A DNA stretch of 64,000 nucleotides. It comes from Vicinamibacteria bacterium. Lineage in GTDB: Bacteria > Acidobacteriota > Vicinamibacteria > Fen-336 > JAGNNV01. This document shows positions 10,401 to 19,249 of this stretch, one piece after another; position 1 is the stretch's first letter, and each line of letters begins with the position of its first letter. A program made the position numbers and the translations under genes. The DNA is taken from NCBI GenBank assembly GCA_019694155.1, contig JAIBCN010000230.1:3536-67535 (forward strand). Reading direction: 5' to 3'. The notes beneath the pieces are model-generated. The model did no database searches and was not told where the DNA came from. It saw only the letters and a program-made list of their open reading frames with translations.

Positions 10401-13400
10401 CGACTACGCGATCTTTCCGAACAACTCCGGCACCATTCAGATTTACGAGGGGGGGGTGCCGCGGGGCGCCTTCGGAAGCTACGTGTCGAGTGACGTGCTG
10501 CGCGTCGAAGTCGAGAACGGGGTGGTGAAGTACAAGAAGAACGGCGCCCTCCTGTATGCGAGCGGCATCGCTCCCCGATACCCGCTGTTGGTGGACACAT
10601 CGCTTGCGATCAAGGGAGCCAACTTCGCCAACGTGATGATCTCAGGGGCGCTGGCTGATGTCAGTGTGGCGCCCGTGACGTTCAGTATCCCTGCCGGGGA
10701 CTACACCGAGCCGCAGGTGGTGACGCTCAACGCACCCACACTTGGCGCGGCGATCTACTACACGACCAATGGCGCGGATCCGACCACGAGCGATACACCG
10801 ATAGCGAGCGGGGCGACGGTGTCGGTCACGGGCACCATGACCCTCAAGGCCAGGGCTTTCCTGGCCGGCCTGTTTGCGAGCCCCACCACGGCCGCGCGCT
10901 ACACCATCGGCCTTGGCTCAACCACCGAGGCGGCCGCCTGGACGAACACCGTGAATGTGACCGCGACGGGGAACTCGATCACCAAGACCTCCGGGGGCTC
11001 ATCGGGTTTCGATGCCGGGGCAGTATCGACCCGGGCGATCTACTCGACGGATGGATATGTCGAACTCTCGGCTGGCACGGCTTTGAGCGGCGTTCGCTAT
11101 GCCGGACTGAGCAACGGCGACACGGATGTTTCGTACGGCGACATCGACTACGCCTTCTGCCCCGCGGGATCAAACGGCCTGCAGATCTGCGAGGGAGGCG
11201 TGGTGCGAGGCACCTTCGGATCCTACCTGGCAACCGATACCCTGCGAGTGGGGGTCGAGCAGGGCGTCGTCACGTACCGAAAGAACGGTGCTTTCCTGTA
11301 CGCGAGCCCTATCCCGCCCGCCTATCCGCTCCTGGTCGACACGACGCTCTACTATCTCTCTCACTCGATCTCGAACGTCTTCATCTCTGGCGCACTCGTT
11401 GACTCGCGGCTGCCCGCGCCCACAGCCGACCCCGCGGCCGGCGCATACGTGCCTCCCGTCAACGTCAGCCTCACGACCGTACCCGGCGCCACGATTCGCT
11501 ACACCACGGATGGCTCGACGCCGACCAGCGCCTCACCCCTCTATGGAGGGACGCCGATCGTCCTCGGAGCATCGACTTCAATCAAGGCAATCGCGGACGC
11601 CCCTGGCTACCTGACGAGCCCGGTCATGACCGCCGCGTACGTGGCTTTGGCTGCGACCCCGACGATCACGCCGAATGGCGGGGCCTTCATGGACTCGGTC
11701 CCCGTCACCCTGGCGACGGCCACTTCCGGCGCGACGGTCCGTTACACGTTGGACGGAACCGAGCCGACGACGGCATCGGTCGCATATTCCACTCCCCTTC
11801 TCCTTGTGTCCACGGCAACCCTCATGGCGAAGGCGTTCCACACCACGCTGGCGCCGAGCAGTACCGCGACGGCATTGTTCACGATAGCCCCAACCCCGCC
11901 GACGCTCTCTCCTGGGAGTGGAACCTACACGACGAGCGTCAGCGTGGCGATGAGCGGGCCGGCGGGGGCGTCCATCTATTACACCACCGACGGAAGCACG
12001 CCGACGCTACTTTCCACCCCGTATGCCGGCGCCGTTGTTCTCACGGAAACGACGACGATCAAAGCAGCAGCGTTCCTGGCTGGAGGGCAGAGCAGCGCCG
12101 TATCTACGGGCGTTTACAGCATCAAGGTGGCGGATCCGGTGTTGAGCCCGGCGTCTGGAAGGTGGTACACGCAGCAGACAATCGGGGTGACCACCGCGAC
12201 GCCTGGGGCGACGATCTACTACACGACGGATGGTACAGAGCCGACGACGAGTTCTGCCACGGTCGCCGGCACCGGCCAGCTGCTGATCGACCGAAGCATG
12301 GCAGTCAAGTTCAAGGCCTTCAAGGCAAACACCCAGCCATCGGCTACAGTGCATGCGAGTTACCTGATCACCGGCCAGATGGCGGCCGGCGACTACCACA
12401 CCCTCGCCCTGAAGGCCGATCGCACGGTGTGGGCCTGGGGTACGAACAACTACGGCCAGGTAGGCGATGGGTCCGCCACCGGCACGGTCCGGTCGAGTCC
12501 GATTCAGATAACGGCCCTGAGTGACATCGTCGAGATCGCCGCGGGCCGCTACTCGTCATACGCTCTCAAGGCCGACGGCACGGTCTGGGCCTGGGGATAC
12601 AACGTGTCCGGCGAGTTGGGAGATGGGAGCAACACCAATCGCTACCTGCCGGTTCAGGTGTCCGGGCTCACGGGCGTCCAGGCCATTGGCGCCGGGGGCT
12701 CGCATGGGTTGGCCGTCCTCTCGGACGGCACCGTGCGCACCTGGGGCCTCAACAACTACGGCCAGTTGGGACGTGGGAACAGCACGAATTCCAATGTTCC
12801 CGTGACCGCTACCGGGCTCGGCAGCGTGCGATCCGTGACGGGAGGCGACTCGCACAGCCTGGCGCTGAGAACGGACGGAACGGTTGCAGGATGGGGCTGG
12901 GGGGGGCTGGGGCAGCTTGGCAACGGAGGACAGAACAGCAATGTGCCGGTCACCCTGTCGGGCGTTGTGGCCACAGCCCTGGCCGCCAATGGGCACTCCT
13001 CGTTTGCCATAGTGGGCGCCACTCGACAACTGAAGGCCTGGGGCTTGAACAGCAACGGCCAGCTGGGCGATGGATCCACAACGAACCGCCTCACGCCGGT
13101 GCTGATCACATCGAACGTCCGCGCGGTGGCCGCGGGCGGAAGCCACATGGCGATGGTGGGCTCGGACGGACGGCTTCAGGGGTCGGGGAACAATGGCCTT
13201 CGTCAGCTCGGAGACGCGACAACGCTGAGCCGGACTTTACCCACCCGCTCGCGCGTCAGCAGGTTTGTCGTGACCCTAGCAGAGGGTTACTACCACTCGC
13301 TGGCCGTGGCCCCTGACGGTGCGGTCTGGGGGACGGGCAACAACATCAACGCGCAGTTGGGGCTCGGGAACAGCGTCTCGCCCGTCCTTCCCACGATGAT

Positions 13401-13782
13401 TCCTGCGTTCTCTCTGTTCAATGCAACCGAACTCCAGCAGGACCTCGACAATGACGGCCTGAACCTGTTCGAGGAGTTCATGTTCGGAACGGACCCGCTT
13501 CTGGGAGACACCAACGGCAACGGGCTGTCGGATGGGGCGGAGTGTGCCCTGGGATTCGACGCGACCGCTCTGGACAGTGATGGAGACGGACTCACGAACG
13601 ACGCGGAGGTCGTTGCCGGAACGAACCCCTTCTCCGCGGACACCGACGGCGATGGGTACGCCGATGGAGTGGACCAGCTTCCGCTCGACAGCAGCCAACA
13701 CACGTTGTCCCCGACGCCCGGCGACACAACGCCGCCCGTGATCACGCTCATCAAGCCCACTGGGGCGATATCCATTCCGTAG
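7402..13782 (+). CDS. giant secreted multi-repeat surface protein (8 chitobiase/hexosaminidase-C-like domains, 7-blade RCC1 propeller, thrombospondin-3-like Ca-binding repeats)
   Basis: ATG 7402 is preceded by a GGAGGG Shine-Dalgarno and a signal peptide follows.
- Six copies of an unrecognised ~150-aa module (W.N.G...GA.STR.I.S.DGYVEF...GLS.GD.DGG..D.DYA...).
- Eight copies of the GATIYYTTDGTEPT signature (CHB_HEX_C-like).
- Seven RCC1 blades (..H.LAL..DGTVWAWG.N.YGQLG.G).
- C-terminal D.DNDG / D.DGDG Ca-binding repeats. Confidence 0.8.
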   Translation: MGASRFGAGVLCVRGSRRFRGVRAVTLAVGSWLVSGAPAVAQDAVRWQRPEGVEVGPGTVARAAGASKSGATSAQFITSGSGYASFTANEAAVARALGLAQTPLNDLPSIKFGIQLGSDGSVAIVEDGVPKPPIGTYGTGDQFTVAVEGASVVYRQNAVALYTSSLAPVYPLFAQVVLQENGSLGSCVMGGNLGEWAEWTNVGAHVAAAPGSLAREPFSPVALEGATSTRGITSGGGFVEFRLNSPTNYIYTGLSHGDTDGGAADIDFSFRIWSTSLTVIENGVTRGSFGTAGINDVLRIGVENGSIVYRKNGTVLYTSLTAPQFPLTIDSSVNAGSASAASVTLSGALSDVAAPPVSMSPSGGAYPSSQSVTLTSAPGQTIYYTLDGTEPGVMSPSVASGGAITVDSSARLRARTISSGLWPGTVRSAFYSIGAPPITEVVEWTNIGANVSALAGSISRDPNVGSPSVSEGAASTRGINSPDGYVEFRTGGYSSLGLSYGDNGGDASDVDYAVRFWGSGFYITENGTSLGYFGSTVAGDVFRVGVENGVVTYRKNGTLVYTSRIGPRFPLLVDASMHPAAGNATAVALSGHLVDTATAAVQMAPGGGAFGEAQSVTLTSGTGGATVRYTLDGSEPGPTSPSVANGGSVVVPSTGWLRARAFAPEMWPSASRRAFFAIGTAATTEVVEWANVGPNLSVQAGAVWRSPNVGSPSLNEGAVSTRAINSPDGYVEFKAGGYGYLGLSYGDADGGANDVDYAIQFWASGFYITENGVSRGYFGSLAAGDIVRVAVESGNVVYRRNGAQVYASGVTPRFPLLVDVSMHPAAGNATGVTISGHLVDVATLPPSFSLLPGDYATGQAVTVTDATPGAIIYYTTNGADPTTNDAVVANGGIVTIADSATLKARAFAPGLFASRVSSARYTIGLTKAIEAVTWTNIVNAGVSGNSIYKATSGAASDGGGVSRRAITSTDGYMEFTAGTPWGNRGAGLSFGDTDRNLADIDYAIFPNNSGTIQIYEGGVPRGAFGSYVSSDVLRVEVENGVVKYKKNGALLYASGIAPRYPLLVDTSLAIKGANFANVMISGALADVSVAPVTFSIPAGDYTEPQVVTLNAPTLGAAIYYTTNGADPTTSDTPIASGATVSVTGTMTLKARAFLAGLFASPTTAARYTIGLGSTTEAAAWTNTVNVTATGNSITKTSGGSSGFDAGAVSTRAIYSTDGYVELSAGTALSGVRYAGLSNGDTDVSYGDIDYAFCPAGSNGLQICEGGVVRGTFGSYLATDTLRVGVEQGVVTYRKNGAFLYASPIPPAYPLLVDTTLYYLSHSISNVFISGALVDSRLPAPTADPAAGAYVPPVNVSLTTVPGATIRYTTDGSTPTSASPLYGGTPIVLGASTSIKAIADAPGYLTSPVMTAAYVALAATPTITPNGGAFMDSVPVTLATATSGATVRYTLDGTEPTTASVAYSTPLLLVSTATLMAKAFHTTLAPSSTATALFTIAPTPPTLSPGSGTYTTSVSVAMSGPAGASIYYTTDGSTPTLLSTPYAGAVVLTETTTIKAAAFLAGGQSSAVSTGVYSIKVADPVLSPASGRWYTQQTIGVTTATPGATIYYTTDGTEPTTSSATVAGTGQLLIDRSMAVKFKAFKANTQPSATVHASYLITGQMAAGDYHTLALKADRTVWAWGTNNYGQVGDGSATGTVRSSPIQITALSDIVEIAAGRYSSYALKADGTVWAWGYNVSGELGDGSNTNRYLPVQVSGLTGVQAIGAGGSHGLAVLSDGTVRTWGLNNYGQLGRGNSTNSNVPVTATGLGSVRSVTGGDSHSLALRTDGTVAGWGWGGLGQLGNGGQNSNVPVTLSGVVATALAANGHSSFAIVGATRQLKAWGLNSNGQLGDGSTTNRLTPVLITSNVRAVAAGGSHMAMVGSDGRLQGSGNNGLRQLGDATTLSRTLPTRSRVSRFVVTLAEGYYHSLAVAPDGAVWGTGNNINAQLGLGNSVSPVLPTMIPAFSLFNATELQQDLDNDGLNLFEEFMFGTDPLLGDTNGNGLSDGAECALGFDATALDSDGDGLTNDAEVVAGTNPFSADTDGDGYADGVDQLPLDSSQHTLSPTPGDTTPPVITLIKPTGAISIP
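7984..12375 (+). repeat. intragenic tandem domain-repeat region (approx. 5 X-modules + 8 CHB_HEX_C-like modules; about 50-70% aa identity between copies)
   Basis: Periodic recurrence of VVEWTN.G and IYYTTDG motifs in the translated giant ORF. Confidence 0.6.
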
Positions 13783-13800
13783 GAAGGCTTCGACAGATCT

Positions 13801-16800
13801 ATGCTGAAACGAACGAGAGTTCTCTCTGCCTTGGTCCTAGCCAGCGCGCTGTCGTTGGCTCCGGCAGACGAGGTAGCCGCGCAAATCCAGGTGGACTGTA
13901 CGGTTGCGCCAATGTTCACGCCCAGCCCGAACTATTGCCTTGGTGTTCAATACGTGTTCCCACCGAACGCCTGTGGGTGCTCCAATCGGCTCTTCGCCAC
14001 GTCGTGCGGTGGGGGTGCGATTACGGGGACAACGCAGGGCGGCGTGGCCGGGTGTCTCCTTTCTTTGGCTTGCAACATCGTTGAAACGGAGACGCCCTGC
14101 AACGGCGTCCTTGAGCCCACGCGTCCTCCGAAGACGCCGAAGGTGCCCTGTCTGGATTGCGGTGAGCCCGTCAACGTGACGACGGGGACGATGTACTTCA
14201 CCCACCGCGACGCCACCATCGGACGCCTCTCGTTCACGCGTACCTTCAGCACGCAGCGATTGTCGGCAAATCGCTATGGGATGTTTGGGCCCGGCTGGAA
14301 CACCGACTTCGAAAAGCGGCTGAGGAGTCTGGGAACCGGCGTTCTCGAGTACCGCGACGCCGATGGCGAGCCCACGTATTTTCAGGATCGAGACCTCGAT
14401 GGGAACTTCGAACAGTATGTTCCTTTCGGAAAGGACTCTTGGATTCTGGACACCGGTGTGGGCTACCAGCTGGTGCGCCGCGCGGGCGGGCACGAAGACT
14501 ACTCGACCACCGGCGTGCTCCTTGCGGAGACGGACGCAGCGGGAACCACGACGACGTACGCCCGTGACGGCAGCGCCCGGCTGACTTCGGTGACCAGAGA
14601 GGGCCGATCGTTCACCCTCACCTATTCGGGCGCCAACCTCAAGCCCGCCACCCTTCAGGGACCGGGCGGCGAGACGCTTGCGACCTATACCTACGAAACG
14701 GCGTCGGGCCGACTTGCCGCGGTTGACTATCCGGAGAGCGCGGGCTATCGGTACACCTACACCTCGGACGGCAAGGTGAGCTTCGTTGACGACGCCGACG
14801 GACGGCCCAGTGAGGCTCACGAGTACGACGCGCAGGGGCGTGCCACCACCTCGGAGATCGGCGACGGCCGGCAGAAGCTCACCTTCTCATATGACACAGT
14901 GAACAAGAAGACGACCGTCACCGACGCGCTCGGGCGACAAACGATCTACGAGTTCCAACTCGTGAAGCACGCGCAGGTATTGAAGAAGCTCATAGGGCCA
15001 TGCGCCGGCGCATGCGGACCGGCGGATGAGACGCGCGAGTGGACGTATGACGCCAGCACCGGGACACTGACGACGATGAAGGACCAGGCGGGAAAGATCT
15101 GGAGCTACACCTATGATCCGGTGACCCTGGACATGCTGACGGAGACCGATCCCCTGGCGCAGGTCACGACCTATTCCTATGACGCGCAAGGGCGCATGCT
15201 CACGCGAACTGGGCCGGACGGAGCGGTCACGACCTACGTTCAGAGCGACGCTGGGCCGACCAGCATCACCCAGAAAGTGGCGGCTTCACCGCTGGTCACC
15301 CGAACGACGGCGATTGCGTACTACGCCACGGCGGATGCCAAAAACGGAAAGGTCCACACGATCCAGGATCCCCGGGGGAAGGTGACCACCATGGACTACG
15401 ACGCCACCAAGGGAGACCTCCTGTCGGTCACGGATCCGCTCGGCCACGCGACCACATTCGGCTACGACGAGTCGCCGAGCCCCGCTGGGAGGGGCTTGCG
15501 GACGAGTGTGACCGATGCCCTCGGCCATGTCACCAAGACGGTGTACGAAGGCCGCAACCGGGTGAAGAAAGTAGTCAATCACGACAACACGTTCACCGAG
15601 TTCGGATATGACGCGGCCGGACGCAGGTCGACGGTGACGGATCCCATGGGTCGGGTGACCCGATACATCTACGATCGATACGGGCGTCTCGATACGGTGG
15701 TGGATCCGATGAATCAGACCACGCGTTATTCATATGACCTGATGGGGAATCTGCTCACGCTCACGGATGCGAAGAGCCAGACGACGACGTTCGAGTATGA
15801 CAGCCACGACCGGGTGAAGAAGACAATCTACCCAGGCGGGGCGTATGAGACGTTCACGTACGACTCGCGGGGGAGGCTTGAGACGATGGTCGACCGGAAG
15901 AACGTGACCACGACCTACGCCTACGACGACCTCGGGAGGCTCTTGGGGAAGACGTTCTCGAACGACCCATCGAATACGCCGCCGTTCAGCTACACCTACG
16001 ATGCGGCGGGAAGGATGCTCACGGCCGCGAACGGGACGGATACCCTCACGTGGACCTACAACCTGGCGGGGGAGTTGCTGAGCGAGCAGAGCGTGAAGAA
16101 CGCCAGCACGGTCGCCTACACCTACGACGACGGCGGCAACCGGCTGTCGGTGAGCCTGGACGGGACGCTCTTCGTCACGTACGCCTACGACGACGCGTCG
16201 AGGCTCACGACGATCACCCGCGGATCGAACGTGTTCGGCTTCGCCTACGACAACGCAAACCGAAGAACCAGCATGAGTTATCCAAACGGAGTCGATACGA
16301 CGTACACGTACGACACGCTCAATCGCCTCACGAACCTCGCGGCGACGAAGACGAGCACCGGAACGCCGATCACGAACTTCGGCTACCAGTACGACGCCGC
16401 GGGCAACCGGACGCAGAAGTCCACCCTCGACTACACGGAGGACTATGGGTACGACCCCCTCTACCGCCTGACCCGCGCGGACCGCACGAACCCAGGCGCC
16501 ACCCCGCCGAATCAGTGGACGTGGAGCTACGACGCGGTGGGCAACCGGACGAGCGCCCAGAAGGACAACGAGGCGACCACGTCCACCCACAACGAGAAGA
16601 ACCAGCTGCTACAGACGAGCGGAGGGGGGAAGATGCTCTGGCGCGGGGTCCTGGACGAGCCCGGGACCGCGACGTTCAACGCGGCCTCTGCGTCGATCAA
16701 CGGTCAGCCCGCGAGGATGCTTGCGGGGAACGTGTTCGAAGCGACGCTGGACCTGCCCGCGGGAGCGAACACGGTGACGATTCAAGCGCAGGACGGGAGC

Positions 16801-17919
16801 GGGAATGTGTCGAGCAAGAGCTACTCGGTGAACGTGCTCGGCGTGCCCGCGACCTACACCTACGACGCGAACGGCAACCTCGCGACGAAGACGGAAGGCG
16901 CGGACGCGTGGGCCTATCAGTGGAACGCTCTGAATCAGCTGACCGCCGTCTCGAAGAACGGCGTGATGGTCGCGTCCTACGGATATGACCCCGACGGGCG
17001 GCGTGTTGAGAAGACCGGTCCCGGACGGCTTCTCGCATGGGTCTACGATGGCGAGGATGTCCTGCGCGAGACCTCGACGTCTAGCGGCGTCAATATCTAC
17101 CAATGGCATGTGCACGGCCACGGTATAGACGAACCGCTCGCGACGGAGACGCTCAACGGAGTGTCTTACAGACACGGTGATGCCATCAACGCGGACCGAC
17201 GTCTAACCGATGCAAGCGGCAATGTCCTCGGCGGAGTGTCTACGGACCCCTGGGGCAACGGGGACTCGTCCTCTATGGGACCTTATGGCTTCGGAGGGAG
17301 AGAATGGGATCCTGAGGCACAGATGCATTTCTTCAGAGCTCGGTGGTACGACCCAAAGATCGGGCGATTTATCTCAGAAGACCCAATTGGATCGAGGGGC
17401 GGCTCTAACCTATTCTCCTACGTCGATTCGTCACCCCCGAACTTCGTTGATTCGCTCGGCCTATTCAAGATGAGCGGCTTTCCGCGGGACGGAGTTGCGG
17501 TATCAAAAGTAATCGACGCGATGGCGGCCGTTCGCAGGAGACTGACTGAACAGCCCTGTTGTACGGCCGACGCGCCTGACATCCTGAACTACATGGAGAA
17601 CGTCGACGTCGACTTCAAGCCCGACCTAAACATCAAGCGACAGAAGAAAGGGCAGAAACTGGCCTGTGCAACTGCTCAAGACACGAATTTCTTCTTCTTC
17701 AAGGTCCGAAAGATCCACTTCGCCCCCGAATCGTTCGGCCCAGAATGCGCGGCGCTCTCTCTGGAATGCATGCTCGTGCATGAGTACACCCATTTCGTGA
17801 CGGGCTATTCCGATACTGACCCTCGATATCACGGCCGTGAGTACAAGAATCAATTCACGTGTTTCGGCTGCGGCGACGGCACGGTCCCGCCGGGCGAGGG
17901 ACCGCGGGGGAAAGAATGA
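13801..17919 (+). CDS. RHS/YD-repeat polymorphic toxin (Sec signal, no PAAR) with HExxH metallopeptidase-like C-terminal domain
   Basis: Signal peptide followed by a Cys-rich region and many YD repeats (TYTYDANGNL, YAYDDLGRL). The RHS core ends in RARWYDP..GRFISEDPIG..DSLGL. After the DPxGL boundary comes a ~150-aa lower-GC tip containing LVHEYTHF (HExxH). Confidence 0.85.
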   Translation: MLKRTRVLSALVLASALSLAPADEVAAQIQVDCTVAPMFTPSPNYCLGVQYVFPPNACGCSNRLFATSCGGGAITGTTQGGVAGCLLSLACNIVETETPCNGVLEPTRPPKTPKVPCLDCGEPVNVTTGTMYFTHRDATIGRLSFTRTFSTQRLSANRYGMFGPGWNTDFEKRLRSLGTGVLEYRDADGEPTYFQDRDLDGNFEQYVPFGKDSWILDTGVGYQLVRRAGGHEDYSTTGVLLAETDAAGTTTTYARDGSARLTSVTREGRSFTLTYSGANLKPATLQGPGGETLATYTYETASGRLAAVDYPESAGYRYTYTSDGKVSFVDDADGRPSEAHEYDAQGRATTSEIGDGRQKLTFSYDTVNKKTTVTDALGRQTIYEFQLVKHAQVLKKLIGPCAGACGPADETREWTYDASTGTLTTMKDQAGKIWSYTYDPVTLDMLTETDPLAQVTTYSYDAQGRMLTRTGPDGAVTTYVQSDAGPTSITQKVAASPLVTRTTAIAYYATADAKNGKVHTIQDPRGKVTTMDYDATKGDLLSVTDPLGHATTFGYDESPSPAGRGLRTSVTDALGHVTKTVYEGRNRVKKVVNHDNTFTEFGYDAAGRRSTVTDPMGRVTRYIYDRYGRLDTVVDPMNQTTRYSYDLMGNLLTLTDAKSQTTTFEYDSHDRVKKTIYPGGAYETFTYDSRGRLETMVDRKNVTTTYAYDDLGRLLGKTFSNDPSNTPPFSYTYDAAGRMLTAANGTDTLTWTYNLAGELLSEQSVKNASTVAYTYDDGGNRLSVSLDGTLFVTYAYDDASRLTTITRGSNVFGFAYDNANRRTSMSYPNGVDTTYTYDTLNRLTNLAATKTSTGTPITNFGYQYDAAGNRTQKSTLDYTEDYGYDPLYRLTRADRTNPGATPPNQWTWSYDAVGNRTSAQKDNEATTSTHNEKNQLLQTSGGGKMLWRGVLDEPGTATFNAASASINGQPARMLAGNVFEATLDLPAGANTVTIQAQDGSGNVSSKSYSVNVLGVPATYTYDANGNLATKTEGADAWAYQWNALNQLTAVSKNGVMVASYGYDPDGRRVEKTGPGRLLAWVYDGEDVLRETSTSSGVNIYQWHVHGHGIDEPLATETLNGVSYRHGDAINADRRLTDASGNVLGGVSTDPWGNGDSSSMGPYGFGGREWDPEAQMHFFRARWYDPKIGRFISEDPIGSRGGSNLFSYVDSSPPNFVDSLGLFKMSGFPRDGVAVSKVIDAMAAVRRRLTEQPCCTADAPDILNYMENVDVDFKPDLNIKRQKKGQKLACATAQDTNFFFFKVRKIHFAPESFGPECAALSLECMLVHEYTHFVTGYSDTDPRYHGREYKNQFTCFGCGDGTVPPGEGPRGKE
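16448..16935 (+). repeat. direct repeat (copy 1) shared with orphan rhs cassette at 22451..22935
   Basis: Nucleotide alignment is near-identical across about 480 nt (GGGTACGACCCCCTCTACCGCCTGACCCGCGCGGACCG... through ...GGAAGGCGCGGACGCGTGGG), with a short diverged patch around the two-thirds point. Confidence 0.8.
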
Positions 17920-18353
17920 ACTTTTCAGTGAGATGTCTCGCAATCGCTTTGCTTTTCCTGCCCGCGCCTTCGTCGGCGTTCACCTGCATGCCCATTCGGC
18001 TCCTAGTCGAGGTACCCTCCCCTGAAGCGGGCTGGGCTTTGGACTTCGTCGCGAAGCCCGACCGCAAGACCCTAAAGGTCGCCCGCGAAGATGCGACTTC
18101 CATGACGTACGCGGTCTTCTTCGACACCCTTCGTGTGCGACCAGGCAAGGCGCAGGACTGCTCATGGGAGCCTTCGTCTCTTGTCGTTCGAATTCGTCAC
18201 GAGGATGGGACGGTGCGGGAGGATCAGATTCCATTCCCTCAGGGCTTTGTCCGAATTGAGGGAACCGCCCGGAGCTTCCGAGCGACGCGGCGCGCCTCTC
18301 TCGCTGAAAAACCGCCCGGCCTCAGTAAGGGCCCAGAAACCCCTCGCCGTTGA
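17916..18353 (+). CDS. putative cognate immunity protein for the RHS HExxH toxin (secreted)
   Basis: ATGA overlap with the rhs stop (ATG 17916, TGA 17917-19). Signal peptide [21 protein letters not shown]. 145 aa with no recognisable domain. Confidence 0.5.
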   Translation: MNFSVRCLAIALLFLPAPSSAFTCMPIRLLVEVPSPEAGWALDFVAKPDRKTLKVAREDATSMTYAVFFDTLRVRPGKAQDCSWEPSSLVVRIRHEDGTVREDQIPFPQGFVRIEGTARSFRATRRASLAEKPPGLSKGPETPRR

Positions 18354-18414
18354 AGTGAATCAGATGGGTCGGGGATTCGGCCACCCAAACCTCGGTCTCC
18401 CAGGCGATATCGGT

Positions 18415-18490
18415 CTTCGCGCATCCGGGCGTCCGTGGTCACGGCCCCTCGCGCCTGGAGGCCCGGGGCGGACTAGCGGGGCTACGGCCG
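18415..18490 (+). other. conserved intergenic element, copy 1 (paralogous copy at 20885..20960)
   Basis: About 70 nt, roughly 80-85% identical to copy 2: GCAkCCGGGCGTCCGTGGTC.CG..CC.TCGCGCCTGGAGGC.CGGGGCGG. The CCGGGCG / CGCCUGG potential stem is conserved. Lies 30 nt upstream of gene A. Confidence 0.3.
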
Positions 18491-18520
18491 TAGGAGGGCG
18501 AAAGGGATAGCCATGAGAGG

Positions 18521-19249
18521 GTGCGAACGCAGATGCTCCAACGGCGTCTGGTCTCGATCGAAATGAGCCGATCGAAGCGCAGAGCACGGACCATCCAGCG
18601 AGATCAGGACATCGTGGATCTGCTCCAGCGAAGTGCCGGCGGCGCGGCATCTCTGAGCGATAGAGTCCACTACGACAGAGAGATCCAGCGCCTGGGAGCA
18701 GAGCTTGCCACAGCGAATGAGGCGTTCCAGTCTGACCTCAAGGAAGAGTACCAGCTGCGCTTGCTCGTGGTCGAGGAAGAGGGAAACCTGCTGCTGGACA
18801 TCCGCGCCCTTGAAGACGAGAACTCCCGTCGGGCCGGGCGTCCCACGCACCTTGAGCAGGCACGAGATGCCCTGCGACGACTACCCGAGGTGCCTGTGGA
18901 GCTCATGCACGCCGTCCCTTTTTGGACCGAGACGGACCTCGGATCTCTTCGGCCTCTGCCATCGCCTCACGCCCTGAATCAATATGAAAGATCCGTCGGT
19001 CGGGCCATTGAACGCTTCGGGCTGATGTCGAGTTGCGTGGAAGACTTCATTGAAGCGACCAGACTCAGGGAGTCCTTGGGGCACGTACCGCCAGGGACGG
19101 CTGACAGGGCCAAGGTTGATTTCGCCACCAATCAGGCGCAGATTCGCGTTGGACTGGACCAGATGGCGTTGCTGCCTCCCAGAATGCGAGCGGACCGGGC
19201 AGCCAATCTCGCGAAGCGCGCAGCCCTCGTCGCAGCATTGAAGCTCTGA
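18521..19249 (+). CDS. hypothetical protein (gene A; upstream partner of HEPN-like protein)
   Basis: 242 aa and protein-like, with GC lower than the flanks. Its stop overlaps the start of the next gene (TGATG). Confidence 0.45.
   Translation: MRTQMLQRRLVSIEMSRSKRRARTIQRDQDIVDLLQRSAGGAASLSDRVHYDREIQRLGAELATANEAFQSDLKEEYQLRLLVVEEEGNLLLDIRALEDENSRRAGRPTHLEQARDALRRLPEVPVELMHAVPFWTETDLGSLRPLPSPHALNQYERSVGRAIERFGLMSSCVEDFIEATRLRESLGHVPPGTADRAKVDFATNQAQIRVGLDQMALLPPRMRADRAANLAKRAALVAALKL

Noticed and set aside
13801-17919. T6SS-delivered Rhs effector
   Set aside because: There is no PAAR domain, VgrG, Hcp or T6SS structural gene in 64 kb, and the protein has an N-terminal Sec signal. This is the WapA/teneurin-like secreted class instead.
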